Below are positions 1 to 11,890 of a stretch of 64,000 nucleotides of DNA, one piece after another. Location of the stretch: positions 438,223 to 502,222 of the forward strand of contig RHPI01001737.1 in assembly GCA_009103225.1 (NCBI GenBank), written 5' to 3'. Both the position numbers and the translations under genes were made by a program. Source of the stretch: Chlorokybus atmophyticus (Eukaryota > Plantae > Mesostigma and Chlorokybus algae). Position 1 is the first letter of the stretch; every line of letters begins with the position of its first letter. A model generated the notes under the pieces. That model had not been told where the DNA came from, ran no database searches, and worked only from the letters and a program-made list of their open reading frames with translations.

Positions 1-2794
1 TCTGCCAAACCCCTGCACCTGTTTAAACCGCCCATACCACCAATATTGCGCCCTTACCAGGCTGACGGCACGCTTGACACCGAGGTGTTTAAGCTCAGCG
101 TGGAGGGCAGCGATAATGCCCTCGCGTGTGGCTGGTGTTGGCACCTCCTTGTCCTCATCCTGGACGCGGCGGTACACCTTGTCATCCGCCCACCGACAGT
201 GGCGGGTGCATTGACGGACACGATCTTTCTCTCGTGCACTCATGTTGGAGGGAAGCTGGCCACTTTGAAGGAATGAGAGTGATGGCTTGTCCAGCCGTAT
301 GTCCTGCCTGGTGTTGGTGGGTGCCAGCTCGTTGTCGTTGACTTCAATGTCGACCGCGTGGACGTCCCCTAGGGGTGTGGTCACTGTGGGGTCGGTAGAC
401 TCAAAGGCAGGAATCTCCTCTGACGTTGAGGTGGTTTTAATCTGGCGCCCTGATCGTAACGCGGTAACAGCAAACATGGCCGCCATAGTGAGAGCTGCTG
501 CTGCGGGGCCGAGCTCGTGCCGAGCTCCGGTTGCATCGTTGGTACTGCGGTGAGGGTTGCGACTGAGGCCATCAGCGTCCTGGTGGATGAGGCCGGCGCG
601 GTGGTCGATCTCAAAGTCATACTCTTGCAGCAACAGGGCCCAGCGAGCAAGTTTCCCTGTCAGATGTTGGTTGGTCATCAACCACTTGAGTGTGATCAAT
701 GATCAGTGATTAGCTGAAATTGTCGACTAAAGAGGAAAGGTCTGAAGAAGGAGATAGCCCATACTGCAGCGAGGCACTCCCCCCCGTAGCTGCTGTAGTT
801 GCTTCGGCTGGCGTACGACAGCACCCGCTTCTTCTTGTTCTCATCGTGCTATATATGCCAGCACAGCCCCCATCCCAAGCTTGCTCCAGTTGGTGTGGAG
901 GAAAAAGTTTTGTTGTAGTCAGGCTGTTGCAGGATGGGAGCGGTGGTGAGCCTGCTGTTGTGGCTCCTTCCACGCAAACTCCACCTCCTTCTTCAGAAGC
1001 TCGTTGAGGGGTTGCGCGACTTTTGCGAAGTTCTTCACGAACCGGCAAGGCCCAGAAAGGCACGCAGACGCCTAAGGTCTGTGGGAGCAGGGATAGCCGC
1101 CAAAGCCTCCACTTTTGCCTGCTGTACGTACACACCGTGAGGCACAATCATGTGCCCTAGGTAGGGTACCTTGCGAGTGAAGAATGTGCACTTATCGGGG
1201 TGCACTGTCATCCCCACCCCCTTAAGTCTTTCCAGCACTTCCTCAATGTGCAGGTGCTCGTCGTTATTGCGATTAAAGATGAGATTGTCGTCAATGTAGC
1301 ATCGCGCGAAGTCCAGCCCCTTCAAGGCATCGTCCATGATGCGCTGGAACTTGGCAGGAGCGTTTTTCAGTCTGAAGGGCATGATCTTCTACTGGTACAA
1401 CTGCCGGTTGCCCCAAAAAGAGGTCTTGTGCTTGTCCTCCTCCTTAATGGCGATCTGGTTGTACTCTTGTCGCATATCCAGGATGCTAAAATTCGGTGCA
1501 GTCTCCTACATTATCAAAGATACCCTTTGCAGTAGGCATTGGATACCTATCTTGTTTGGTCTTGCTGTTGAGGGGGCGATAGTCGCCGCAAATGCGCCGA
1601 TCCTTCCAGTTGCCTGCTGTATCCTTCTTCAAGGGCATGACGGTCGCGGCTGCAAAGTTCGATGTGGACTCCTCAATCAGGCCTGCATATAGCAGAGCCT
1701 TGCACCTCTGCTCCACCAGGTCTTCTTCCAACTTGGAGAGTCGGTGCTGTCGTTGAAACACCGGTTCGGTGTCCACCAACTCGATGTCCATCTGGTAAAC
1801 TAAGCAAACGCCCAGTTCCTTTATGCTGAATTGGACTGACTTCTCCATTTGTTGAGGAGAGCCTTCAATAGTTCTCGCGTCTGGCCTGTAGCCAGTAGTC
1901 CAATGGCATGGGACCAAGAGGTGGCGCTGGCGACCACTGGGATGTCCTCCACAATGACTGCTGCCTGCTCGTTCATATGGGCAATTTTGAGGGCGGTGTG
2001 TATCGCTTTGGTCTCTTGCACGCGATCGGCCCACCCCCCTGCCAGGTGTTCGAGCTCCTGGAAGGACACATGGCGGTCTTGGAGAGCAAAGCACATTTCC
2101 AATAACCATACCATGCTGTTCTTATCCATAGCGCGTCCAAACAATCGGCATTGCTGACTCTTGGTCAGCGTGGAACCTGTGATACTGCTTGGCGCGTTCG
2201 CGCTCACGTGCATTGAATTCCTCTAACTGGCCTGTATTAAAATCCAACACCATGCCTGCGCCGTGGTTATGGAAGGTGTATGATGCTGGGGTAGACACCA
2301 GAGTGGGGAGCGCACGACATGGTTGATCAGGCTGGTTGCTGGTAGAAGTGCTGGTGAACATGTCGGGTGACTGGTCGTGCTGTGTGCTCAGAGTCCAGGA
2401 TAGCGTCGACGAACAGATTGCGTGGACGATTGCTGTGCAGATATTCAGCAGCAAAGAGATCTTCGACTGTCGCCAAGTTGGTCCACTTGGCGCGAACGCG
2501 ATGAGCACGGGAGCCATGCCGCGCTGCGTTGATGCTGAGAGGATGTCCCAGTAAGGAACACACCTGTCGAAAGCTGTTGGCCACGTGATGGCGCTTATCG
2601 TTCTCGGAGTGCACATTCTCGATGATGTATCCTGGAGGCCTAGACAGCTGGCTGCTCTGCAATGTTTTGATGACTCGCATCAGTTCCCAGAACAGTCGTG
2701 AGCAAGGATCAGCGAGTCCTTGGCCACTGCCTGCTTTTGAGTATCCTTGACACTCCCATCTTGCTATCAGCAGGTCGATGTTGCCCACCACTAG
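1..2794 (-). mobile_element. Degenerate Ty3/Gypsy LTR-retrotransposon pol region (C5-MTase - RT - RNase H - integrase Zn-binding start), running off the window's left edge
   Basis: RT motifs RRICGDYRPLN, MPFRLKNAPAKFQR, YIDDNL, YLGH, LRAFLGLAG; RNase [31 protein letters not shown]; integrase-type HAELKHLGVKRAVSLVRAQYWW near 60-130. The RT-RH-IN order is Gypsy. Several frameshifts and stops. Confidence 0.92.
2080..2794 (-). pseudogene. C5-cytosine DNA methyltransferase domain (motifs IV-X) inside the Gypsy polyprotein, upstream of RT
   Basis: IDLLIARWECQGYSKAGSGQGLADPCSRLFWEL (motif IV region), YIIENV (VI), AHRVRAKWTN (VIII), ERERA (IX-like), LFGRAMD (X-like), across frameshifts. Motifs I-III are cut off by the Copia insertion at 2795. 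Confidence 0.8.
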
Positions 2795-3219
2795 TGTTGA
2801 AGCACTAGCATGCACATGTAGTTGAGGCAAGCATAGACACACAGAGACAGAGCTACCGCCAATAGAGCATACACAAGTCACATCACATTCATCTATTACA
2901 AGTTGTCCGCTGGTTCTTTTACCAGCCAATTAGACACACATCTACGTTTGCAAGCACTGCGTAAGCTATACTCAGCCTTTTGACACGCTTTAAGCTGCGT
3001 TGTCTTTCTTACAATCAAAGCTTTTCAACAAGCTTTTACACGCCTAATATGAGTAAGTATACGCGGAGATACAAAGCAGTTAATAAGGCTCCAGTCTGGA
3101 GTCCGGAGTCTAGTCCGACGACGCCATCTTGCTAAGTTCGGACCTAGTGCTCGTCCTTATGGCCTTCTACTCCTGTGTGGAGGGTTGATGCTGATTGTAT
3201 GTAGGAATGACTCTCAACA
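2795..3219 (-). repeat. 3' LTR of the Ty1/Copia element (425 bp)
   Basis: On the minus strand it begins TGTTGA right after a purine tract (GCGTGGGAG) that follows the RNase H end, and it ends TCAACA (6-bp terminal inverted repeat). The Gypsy MTase frame resumes immediately after it. Confidence 0.8.
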
Positions 3220-3234
3220 CTCCCACGCGAGCAA

Positions 3235-5700
3235 CTTGACCTCCAACGCTTGCTCCAGTAGTCAAACACAGATGCCAAGTCCTGCGCAACAAGTCTTGAA
3301 CTTGAGCGGTGACAATGGCTTTGTCATGAAGTCCGCCAGCATGCCCTTGGTGTTGCCGTACTGAAACTCCACCTCCTTCCTTGTAACTCTGGCATGCACA
3401 AAGTGATGCATGACATCAATGTGCTTCGTCCTGCCGAGGCGATAGGGTGCTTCAACAACTTGATGGCTCCTTAGTTGTCACAGTTGATGACGATGCACGC
3501 CATGGGGTGCTTCTAGTCTGCCATGAGCTTGCGGAGCCAGAGTGCCTCCTTTACTGCTGCTGCCGCTGCCATGTACTCAGCCTCTGATGTAGATGCTGCT
3601 GTTGTTAGCTGCAGTGTAACGATGCTCGTGCTGATTGAACACCTCACCAGAGCTACCAGCCTGATGAACGAGCTAGGATGCAGTTGAGCACACTAACGGC
3701 GCTATCACAGGTGCACCTACTCGCAATCAATCAACAACAGCATTCGCACCGTGGGGTTGAACACTTTGAGGGCAATGTAGGCGCCTCAAATCTTGTGGGG
3801 GCAGTCTGGTCCGTGCAAGAGCTGTAGCAAAAGCAAACCCACGCGCACACTCGCACCGTGGATGCAAACTACACAAGCACGCACACACCGTCCACAACAA
3901 GGGCAAATAATGTAAATTCCGCTTGGTCCAACCTCCCTAATAGCAGTATTCTAGCTACTTATATACCTAGAGGGCTACACTATCATTGTAGAAGTCATCT
4001 ATGTTGACTCCACCACAAACACATGCTCAAAAACACGTGAAGTAGCTGTTTCAACTGCGTCGGCGCATAGACACTGTCAACGGTGGTCAAATGTCAGCGC
4101 ATAACGCTCGCGTGACCTTTTTAACGCGCGCCCTCGATGTAAGAGTAACTCGGCGACTCGGGACTTTATATAAGCATAACGCGTCAGGCCTGTTAAACAG
4201 GGCTGTTTTGGGGTAAAAGGGCTAGAAACGTAGCTTAGAAGCAAGTGTAACACCAACTTTGTTACATGCAGCCTGCTGTTGTCCAGCTCACCACGCCTCC
4301 GTTCAGCTTGACGTAGCCTGTAGTGGACCTTCTGCTATTGAGGTCACGAGCAAAGTCCGAGTCGCAGTAGCCCTTCAACTCATTGCTCCCGCTCCCAAAC
4401 TTGATGCCAACTGTTTCGCTCCCAGCAACATAGCGTAGTACTCCCTTTGCTGCACTCCAGTGCTCCATGCTCAGTGCAAACATGTAGCAAGCAAGTACTC
4501 CCACAGCATGTGCAACATTGGGACGTGTGCACACTGCCAGATAGAGCATGCTGCCTACCAGCTCACGATATGGATACTGAGCCTTGTCGAGTACCTCCTC
4601 ATCCTTTGCCTTGATGAGGGCAGTGCCAAGTGCCAGCGGTGTGGTCTTGGCCTTTCTTCAGTGAGCCCGAACTTGGTGACGAGTCTGCTCACAATCTGCT
4701 TTTGACTGATCTTGATTGTGCGAGCAGCCCTGTCGCGCTCAATCACCATGCCAAGGAACCACTTGGCCTCTTCAAGATCACGAACTGAGAATGCTTGCTA
4801 TAGAGCAAGTTTCGTCTCCTGCAGGTGGTGCACTTGCCTGGCGGCGATGAGAATATCATCCACATACACGAGCAGCCAGACCTTGTGGTCTACATGAAAG
4901 AGGAGCCCAGGGTCTGCAGAGGATGCGGTGAAGCCAAGTGCCTCCAGCTCCTTTGTGAGCTTGACGTGCCACATACGCGGTGCCTGTTGCAGCCCAAACA
5001 GTGCCTTGATCAGCTTGCGTGCTGTGCCTCTCTCCCCCTCTTTATATCCAGATGGTTGATAAATACAGATCTCCTCCTCCAGCTCTCCGTAGAGGAAGGA
5101 TGTTTTCACGTTGAGGTGATGCAGCTTGAGGTCCTCAGCAGCAACTACAGCTAGCAGTGCACGGAAGGTGGTATGCTTACTTGCAGGTGCAAACACTTCG
5201 TTGAAGTCCACACCTTTCTGCTGCAAGAAGCCCTTTGCCACCAATCTTGCCTTGTAGCGCTCAATGTTGCCCTGACCATCACGCTTCACCTTGAAGACCC
5301 ATTCCACTGGAATCGTCTTCACTCCTGGCGGTAACTGCTCCAGTGACCAAGTGTTGTTGGCATGGAGTGACGCAATCTACTCGTCCATAGCACGCTGCCA
5401 TTGCTCCGCATAGGTGCTTGGTTCTTCATTCTCCTGCACACTGGCAACATGTGCCTTGTGTAGGAAGTCAGGTGCATTTCTTTCCCTCACTGGGTATTTC
5501 CAAGCTGCGTGCACCTGCTGCAGGCGCAGCTCCTCCTGGCCTGCTACAGCTGAGTCCTGCTCACCCTTGTTGTTGATGATGGCCTTGCCTGTAGCCTCCA
5601 CTGTCTCAGGATGCTCCTCCGGCTGTGCTTCATCTTCAGAAAAAAAGCCTGCTTCTGGTTGTGATAACCCCTCATGGAAAACCACCTCTCTGCTCACGTT
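3235..5700 (-). pseudogene. Ty1/Copia reverse transcriptase and RNase H (disrupted)
   Basis: WVFKVKRDG, RYKARLVAKGF, LFGLQQAPRMW, LLVYVDDILI, CTRPNVAHAV, GYCDSDFA, RRSTTGYV, STSEAEYMA, CDN*GAI; stops, frameshifts and a solo LTR insertion. Confidence 0.93.
3615..4266. mobile_element. Solo LTR (652 bp) of another retrotransposon inserted into Copia RNase H
   Basis: Termini TGTAAC...GTTACA; 5-bp target-site duplication TGCAG at 3610-3614 and 4267-4271. Removing it rejoins the SW..SRLQ.TTAASTSEAEY region. Confidence 0.85.
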
Positions 5701-5868
5701 TTAAATGTCTTCCAGCAAGATCCTGTAAGCCTTAGATTCCGGCTCGTAGCCAACGAAGATGCTCTTCTTGCTGACCGGTTTCAACTTGTGCCTAAGCTGT
5801 TTAGGCACTAGTGCATATGCCGTGCATCCAAACACACGCATACCACTCACATCTGGTGTGGCTCCATA

Positions 5869-7707
5869 CACACGGCTTGACGTTGAAGGACCATGCATGG
5901 TTCTTTCACGGATCCCGCGGACCATGCATAGTCCGTACCCCGCGTGCTAGGACTGCCTGGTCCGCGGGGGACGGACCGTTCCTGGTCCGTTCGGGGCCCC
6001 GCGGCCCGTGAATGGCTGGCGCGGCGACGCGCACCACGCATGGTCCGTGCCGCACCATCCATGGTGCGGCACGAATCAGTACTGTACTCTGGCCCTTGAA
6101 TGCGGACCAGGTGCGGTCCCGCAGTCCTGTGGCTTTATTAGCATGCACCGTACATGGTGCCGCATGGTCCGCGCCTCACTATGTACGGTGCAGCACGGAC
6201 CAGTAACCGCGGCCCTGCCGCTATCATGAGTGGGTAGCAGCAACCTACGTAAGGTACAATAGATATACAGCCGACAGCCGCACCGACTGTCGGCTATACA
6301 CCGTGGACAGCCGCAAGTGGATAACCGCAAATGGTCGGCGGCTAATTGACAGCCGGCCGGCTGTCAACTAAGCTGTAAGGGGCTGTCTATGCAATTAACA
6401 TACTTCATGGTACCGTGCGTGTTAATGGTGCATGTTCACAGATTTTTGCAAATCTGTGAACATGCACCATTAACATGTTCTATGCGTCTATCTAAGTATC
6501 TACGTATATATGAACATTAAGTATATATTATAAAATACATATATATGAATGTTAGCGTGTGCACAAATGGATCCAAATCTCATACGTATTTCAAATTGCT
6601 ATATCAGCCGTACTATGGGGTGAGCCGTGTTGTACAAGGTATGTCTCATGTAAACATACGAATAAGAAGTATACAAAAATCGCGTCACTTATTAAAATAG
6701 CCTCTTATGAGACCGCAGAATGATTGAAAGCCCCGATTAAATATTGTGTCCAATCAGACAGTAGATACCTACATTAGTGCCGCAATGCTCGGCGTTTCGT
6801 ATTTATATCATATAAACGTGTATATGTATATATACGAATGTTTACATATGTACACATGTATATGTGTGTATGCGCACGCAAGCAGGATATTGACAACCCC
6901 AAATAAGGTTACATACTCATGAGCAGCCCCCAACAAAGCATTGTAGTTTACACACCTTGGCAGCCGCCGAGTTGCGGCTGCCTGTGTCATCAATAATGAC
7001 TTAAAATGATGTGATACCGTGGATTAATACTGGTACAGCCTATGCACATTGATAGCGCATGCACTGCCTATGGGCCTGTCAATTCACAACGCCGACTTCC
7101 TGTGCAATTTCCGCCGCCGACAGTCGCCAAGCGGCCGTCGGTACAGTCTATTATGCAAACACTGCACGGTTTTATCGGTACGTGCACATGTAGCTTAGTG
7201 GTCAGGGTGTCGTGTTTGTGTTCCAAAGGTCTTGGGTTCGACTCTCGGTAGATGCATGCGTTCTTCATTCATCATTTCTAAGACGCCGCGGCCTCGTGCG
7301 CTGCACCTGGGGCCCCGCAGGTTGGGCGTGGCCGGTGCTGCCGGCTCAAGATAGAGCACTTTTCCGTCATTTGCATTACATCTGATGCTTGTGAATAAAT
7401 ATTGCGGTCAATGGTCCGCTAGCCGGACCAGTAATGATTTTTAAACTAAATGGTTTTGTTAAGTCCCTGGTCAGCAAACTGGTTCGTACCTGGTCCTGAC
7501 GCGACCGAAACCCCCCGGGAAACAGGCCGGACCAGACATGGTGCGACCCCCAAAAAACATGGGACCGTTCACGTGAGTTTCCGACCATGCATGGTCGCAC
7601 TGTCAATGACAGTCCGACCAGACATGGTCCACGGAATTCACTTAGCAGGGGAAAATCCCGGTTCGAGGGTACGGACCATTTATGGTCCTTTGACGTCAAT
7701 CGGTGTG
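5869..7707. mobile_element. Non-autonomous CACTA/EnSpm-like DNA transposon (1839 bp) with CACAC termini
   Basis: Left end CACACGGCTTGACGTTGAAGGACCAT vs reverse complement of right end CACACCGATTGACGTCAAAGGACCAT; 3-bp TSD ATA (5866-5868, 7708-7710); subterminal arrays of GGACCAT-nn-ATGGTCC palindromes; AT-rich non-coding core. Confidence 0.9.
7184..7256 (+). pseudogene. tRNA-like sequence (tRNA-Thr(TGT)-like pseudogene or SINE head) inside the CACAC element
   Basis: 73 nt, A box TAGCTTAGTGG, B box GGTTCGACTC, TGT at the anticodon position, partial acceptor stem GCACATG/TAGATGC-A. The anticodon stem does not pair well. Confidence 0.6.
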
Positions 7708-8421
7708 ATAGAAGTGCTCCCGCGGAGTCTTCTGCTCTGAGCTCACCGGAGACCTGTTGCGGATGTAGTTGGCAGTGAGTACCGCCTCCTTCCCCAGACT
7801 GTCTTCCATCTTTGTGTCGTTGAGCATGGCTCGAACACGCTGCAAGAGTGTCCTGTTGAGGCATTCAGCTGCTCCATTCTGCTGCCGGGTGTAGGGTGCC
7901 GTTGTCTCGTGGCGTATGCCCTTGCTGTCGAAGAACTCTTTCAACTCCTTGTTGATGTACTCCCCTCCTCGATCACTCCTCATTGCCTTCATCTTGTTGC
8001 CAGACTGGCTCTCTAAGAAGGCCACACCTGTGCGCACAGCTCCAGCAACTTCTGACTTCAGTGTCGACGGAAAGATGACGGGTAGCTTGCTGTATTCGTC
8101 GAGGAATGTAGCAAAGTACCTGACCCCTCCCTTTGCCACAATGCGCATAGGGCCACAGACATCCATGTGCACAAGCTTGCAAGGATGCTGACTGCTAGAA
8201 GAGAATGATGGGAATGGCATAGCATGCTGCTTTGCAACCAGGCATGGTTCACAAAGTGCACCTGATGGATTCTTGAGTTCTTCTGTGCTGAGATGGATGC
8301 CCTTGACCATCTTCTCAGCGACAAGGCGAGTGAGGTTGACGTAGATGAGATGCCCGAACCTTCGATACCACATTGTTGATGACTCCTTGTCCTTCACCAC
8401 CATGGCTCGAATGTCAATGTT

Positions 8422-9291
8422 CTAAGGGTGCTGCTCCATGTGGTAGAGCCCTCCCGGATCAACGATTTTAACCATGTGCACAACCCCATCAAGGATGACT
8501 GTGCAGCCACCCTTCCGAAACACTATTTCTGCTCCCAAGCGCTCAGCAACTCTTACACAGAACAGACTCGCAACAGCCTTTGGCACATGCAGAACGTCTC
8601 GTAACAACACCTCTCGTGGTGTGTTACCAACCTTGTACTGGAGTCGTACATTGCCAACTCCCTTAGCCACCAGTACTTCGCCACTAAAGCCTGCTTCCTT
8701 CACTGTAGACGTCAGCTTCTTGTAGCTCTCCAACTTCTCCTTGTTGGGTGTGAGATGACGATCGCAGCCAGAGTCCACCACCCAAAAAGCTGTGTTCTCC
8801 CTCGAACCGGATGCGGTAAAGGCGACATGTTTCTGCTTGTAATGATGCTCGTTGCTGCTGTTGCTGGTGCTTGCTCTAGGTTGCCCCTGTTGTTTCTTCC
8901 GACAGTCCCGCTCGATGTGGCCCTTCCAACCACACCAATGGCATTTGAGGTCTTTATAATGAGGGTTGCCCGGTTTGTTGCCCTTGTACTTCTCTTTATG
9001 GTTGCTCTTCATTGCATGCTTGCCGGTGTAGAAGGCGACGGCATCCGCTTGCTCGTCCTTCTTCACAGCTCTCTGCTCCACGGTGAGCAGCTTCGGTAGC
9101 ACATCGTCCGACGTCAACTCCGATAATGACGTCTCCAGCAGGGGTGCGACGACCTCGTACTCTGCTGGTAGCCATGCAACAGTAGCTAGCACGACCTTCG
9201 TTTCCCCCATGTTGTGGCCGACATTGATGAGGTCCGTCCATAGCTCTCTTGCGCGTGCAATATACTTCGTAATGGGTCCTGCTGCCTCCTT
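8422..9291 (-). pseudogene. Ty1/Copia gag (C-terminal part) and protease; 5' end truncated at a CACAC-type terminus
   Basis: ITKYIARARELWTDL, zinc knuckle CHWCGWKGHIERDC, protease WVVDSGCDRH, LRDVLHVP. Confidence 0.9.
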
Positions 9292-9720
9292 CACGCGGCT
9301 TGACGTTCAAGGACCATGTATGGTCCTTCCACGGACGCCGCGGGCCATTCATGGTCCGTGCCCCGAGTGCCTGGTCCCCGGGGGGACGGACCGTCCATGG
9401 TCCTTTCGGGGCCCCGTTGACTGGCGCGCAATCACGCACCATGCATGGAGCGCGGCCGGACCAGGCATGCTTTCAGTCTCAAGAGTCGCGCAAGTCCAGA
9501 CCATGCATGGTCCGCGGCCGAACCACGCACGTCCCTGGTTTTTATGTCAGTTTTCAAAAGGTTCATGCGTGGTCTGATTGTCAAATAGACAGTGTCAATG
9601 CCAAATACCGTATTATGGTTCCCGGCATTGAATGCTTTGTACGTAGTATTGCACAAATTATGCACGGTGCGTTCTCTGCGGCGCAACTCACCGTGCCTGG
9701 TTCGTACACTAGGGTTTGCA
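9292..9720 (+). mobile_element. Left terminus and subterminal repeats of a second CACAC-family DNA transposon
   Basis: CACGCGGCTTGACGTTCAAGGACCATGTATGGTCC, near-identical to the 5869 end, followed by the same ACCAT/ATGGT palindrome array. It truncates Copia gag. Confidence 0.8.
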
Positions 9721-9979
9721 CCTACGCTGTACGCCATCAGAGTCCAATATACGAGCTCGACAGCCGGCAGTGCCGGAAGGCAACGCAGGAATGTCGTTGC
9801 TTCTAGCGCTGGACCGGTGGAGGTGGAGGCGGCGGTGAGCGGTGGGTACAGAGCTTATCTTAGCGATTAAATTGTTGTGCTCTTTATTAGTTGTTTAGCA
9901 AGCAACAGCAATAGTACCAGCACTTGTGGTGTTTATGCACGCACAAGTACATCCGGGCTTGCAACCAAATGATAGTTAA

Positions 9980-10711
9980 TGTTAAAAACAATCTTATTTA
10001 GCTTGAGACGTTTGCTTGCTCGATTGGATTAAATTTTGGCATTGAGGCTCAGCCATGGATGAGAATCCTCATCAAGGCTGTGCGTACTAACATAGCCTTG
10101 CAGAACGGTGCAAATTGCACATCTGACGATTGAGAGTGCGCATAAGACCACACGAGCGATAGCTGCCACGCGGATGGCGCTGCCCATAGTGTCACCGTCA
10201 GCTACACCATTATAGCTCCGCTGAAGGTGGTGGCGTCGGCGGCAGCGCGGGTGGGTGGATTGGGTGCGCACTTCAGCAAGCACGAAGTTGATGGCGCCCA
10301 CATCGCCAATGAGAACATGAACAACTGCTGCGGCTTCAGCCACAATAATTGTTCACTTGCCAAGCTCGGCAAGGCTGCCAGCTGCCTGGCTTCTGGGCAC
10401 CGCCCATTAGGCCGGCATCGCTGGCTACGGCGTCATGCCCGAGGGGCAAGATGACGCGACCGCGCACAACATGTGCGCACAAGCATGCTTTTCTAGTGCG
10501 TCCTCAGACGCAATAAGAGCATGCTTACAGAGAGACACTCGCTAGCGAATTCCAATGCGTGAACATCTGAGCTTACAACCAGATAATCATTAATGTAAAA
10601 AACAAGCTTAGTCAGCTTGAGACGTTTGCTTGCTCGATTAGATTTAATTTTGGCGATAATACTCAGCCGTGAGTGAGAATCCTCATGAAGGCTGTGCGTA
10701 CTAGCATAGCC
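9980..10711. repeat. Pair of ~115-bp direct repeats (9980-10097 and 10594-10711) flanking ~500 bp; degenerate TRIM/LTR pair or DIRS split terminal repeats
   Basis: Shared core GCTTGAGACGTTTGCTTGCTCGATT...GAGAATCCTCAT.AAGGCTGTGCGTACTA.CATAGCC; TGTT...AACA ends in the first copy; no clear TSD. Confidence 0.6.
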
Positions 10712-10719
10712 AATTTTCA

Positions 10720-11890
10720 CAACACACTCACTGCCAAGTTTTTACCACTTGCAGGCTTACACCTCAAGCCGTTGAGGCTTATGGCCGTACGCTGCGAGTG
10801 GCAACACTGGGTTGACAAGGAGAAGCTTCGAGTGGGGACCCAGCATAGCCGGGAACAGCTGTTAGCAGCTATAGCCGCATCACAGATGATTTGCATGCAT
10901 GCTACTAGTGCAGAGCACCAACGTGCCAACACTGTAGCATTGTAATGCCGTTTGATGTGTAATAGGCTAAGGAGGGCTTGTGAAGCAATAATAAGCCATA
11001 CACAACCTCTCAGTGTAGCGACTTTTGCTATCATGGCCTAGTCGGCTAAGCCTCGCGTTACATTGGTAATCGGAGCTCTAAAGGTCGTGGGTTCGAGTCC
11101 CATCAGGCGCATAGAATTGCGCGCGAGTGGGTAGGTTTTCGAGACTGTCGGAAACGATCCAAGGCAGTTAGTGAGATTCGTTATGAATTTAACTTTGAGG
11201 TTAAGTCGACTAATTCGGCGCGCATGGTCGCTCCTGCGCACGGCAACGTGGCAAGTTGCTGCAAAAAAACTACGCGGCATGACCGGTAATGGCTGGTCAT
11301 GGCCGGACGCGAGCAAGCCCTGCTGGTCAGGAAGGACCAAGATGTGCAAAATAAAATCGCAGTTAAAGTTGGGTTGAATGTAATGCCGGTAAATGTGGAA
11401 TAGGCTAAGATGGGCTTGTGAAGCATTAATAAGCAATACACAACCTCTTATAGTAGCGACATTTGCTATCATGGCCTAGTCGGCTAAGCCCCGCGTTACA
11501 AGCATGGAGAGAGTTTGCCAAATTCGTGCAGAAACACGGGGAGAGTGTATTGGCTGTGGGGCCACATCTTGTACGCGCATACCTGCACGGGCATTGGTTG
11601 CCTATGCACGGAGCACGAGCTCGGTGTAACAACAGCTCCGGTGACTCGTGCGTAGCAGCTGGCTCATTACGAAATGTTGTCAACCACCTAGCCAATGGCT
11701 ACGCCACACTAGGCCGAGGACATTCTTGGGATCCTGTACAACTTGTTGGCAATCCTTGCAGAGCACCAGAAATACAAGAGTACATGAAGGGATATCATTG
11801 CGTGCTGGTGGCTGAAGAGTGGCGCCTCGACAGGCTCAACCCTCTCCCCTCAACGAGAGCCACATTCATCAGCTTTTGCAACATCTGACA
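10720..11890 (+). pseudogene. N-terminal (SAM-like) fragment of a DIRS-type tyrosine recombinase, interrupted by a TRIM
   Basis: After removing 10941-11500 the frame reads HATSAEHQRANTVAWREFAKF...VRAYL...GSLRNVVNHLA...WD...GNPCRAPEIQEYMKGY, resembling YR N-terminal domains. No catalytic RHRY part is visible. Confidence 0.55.
10941..11500 (+). mobile_element. TRIM (terminal-repeat retrotransposon in miniature), 560 bp
   Basis: Two 122-bp LTRs (10941-11062, 11379-11500) with TGTAATGC...GCGTTACA ends; 5-bp TSD AGCAT (10936-10940, 11501-11505); PBS-like TGGTAATCGGAGC at 11064-11076. Confidence 0.88.

Larger units (their letters stand above)
5701..8403 (-). pseudogene. Ty1/Copia GAG-pre-integrase and integrase, split by a DNA transposon at 5869-7707
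   Basis: WYRRFGH, CEPCLVAKQH, VHMDVCGP, RSDRGGEY, QNGAAECLNRTL, TPREHFY|GATPDVSGMRVFGC, IFVGYE. The frame is restored exactly when 5869-7707 and one ATA are removed. Confidence 0.93.

Noticed and set aside
5880-6210. Regularly spaced palindromic repeats resembling a CRISPR array (also 7500-7700, 9300-9560, 32680-32930)
   Set aside because: Irregular spacing, degenerate units, no cas genes, eukaryotic context. They are subterminal repeats of a TIR transposon with a TSD.
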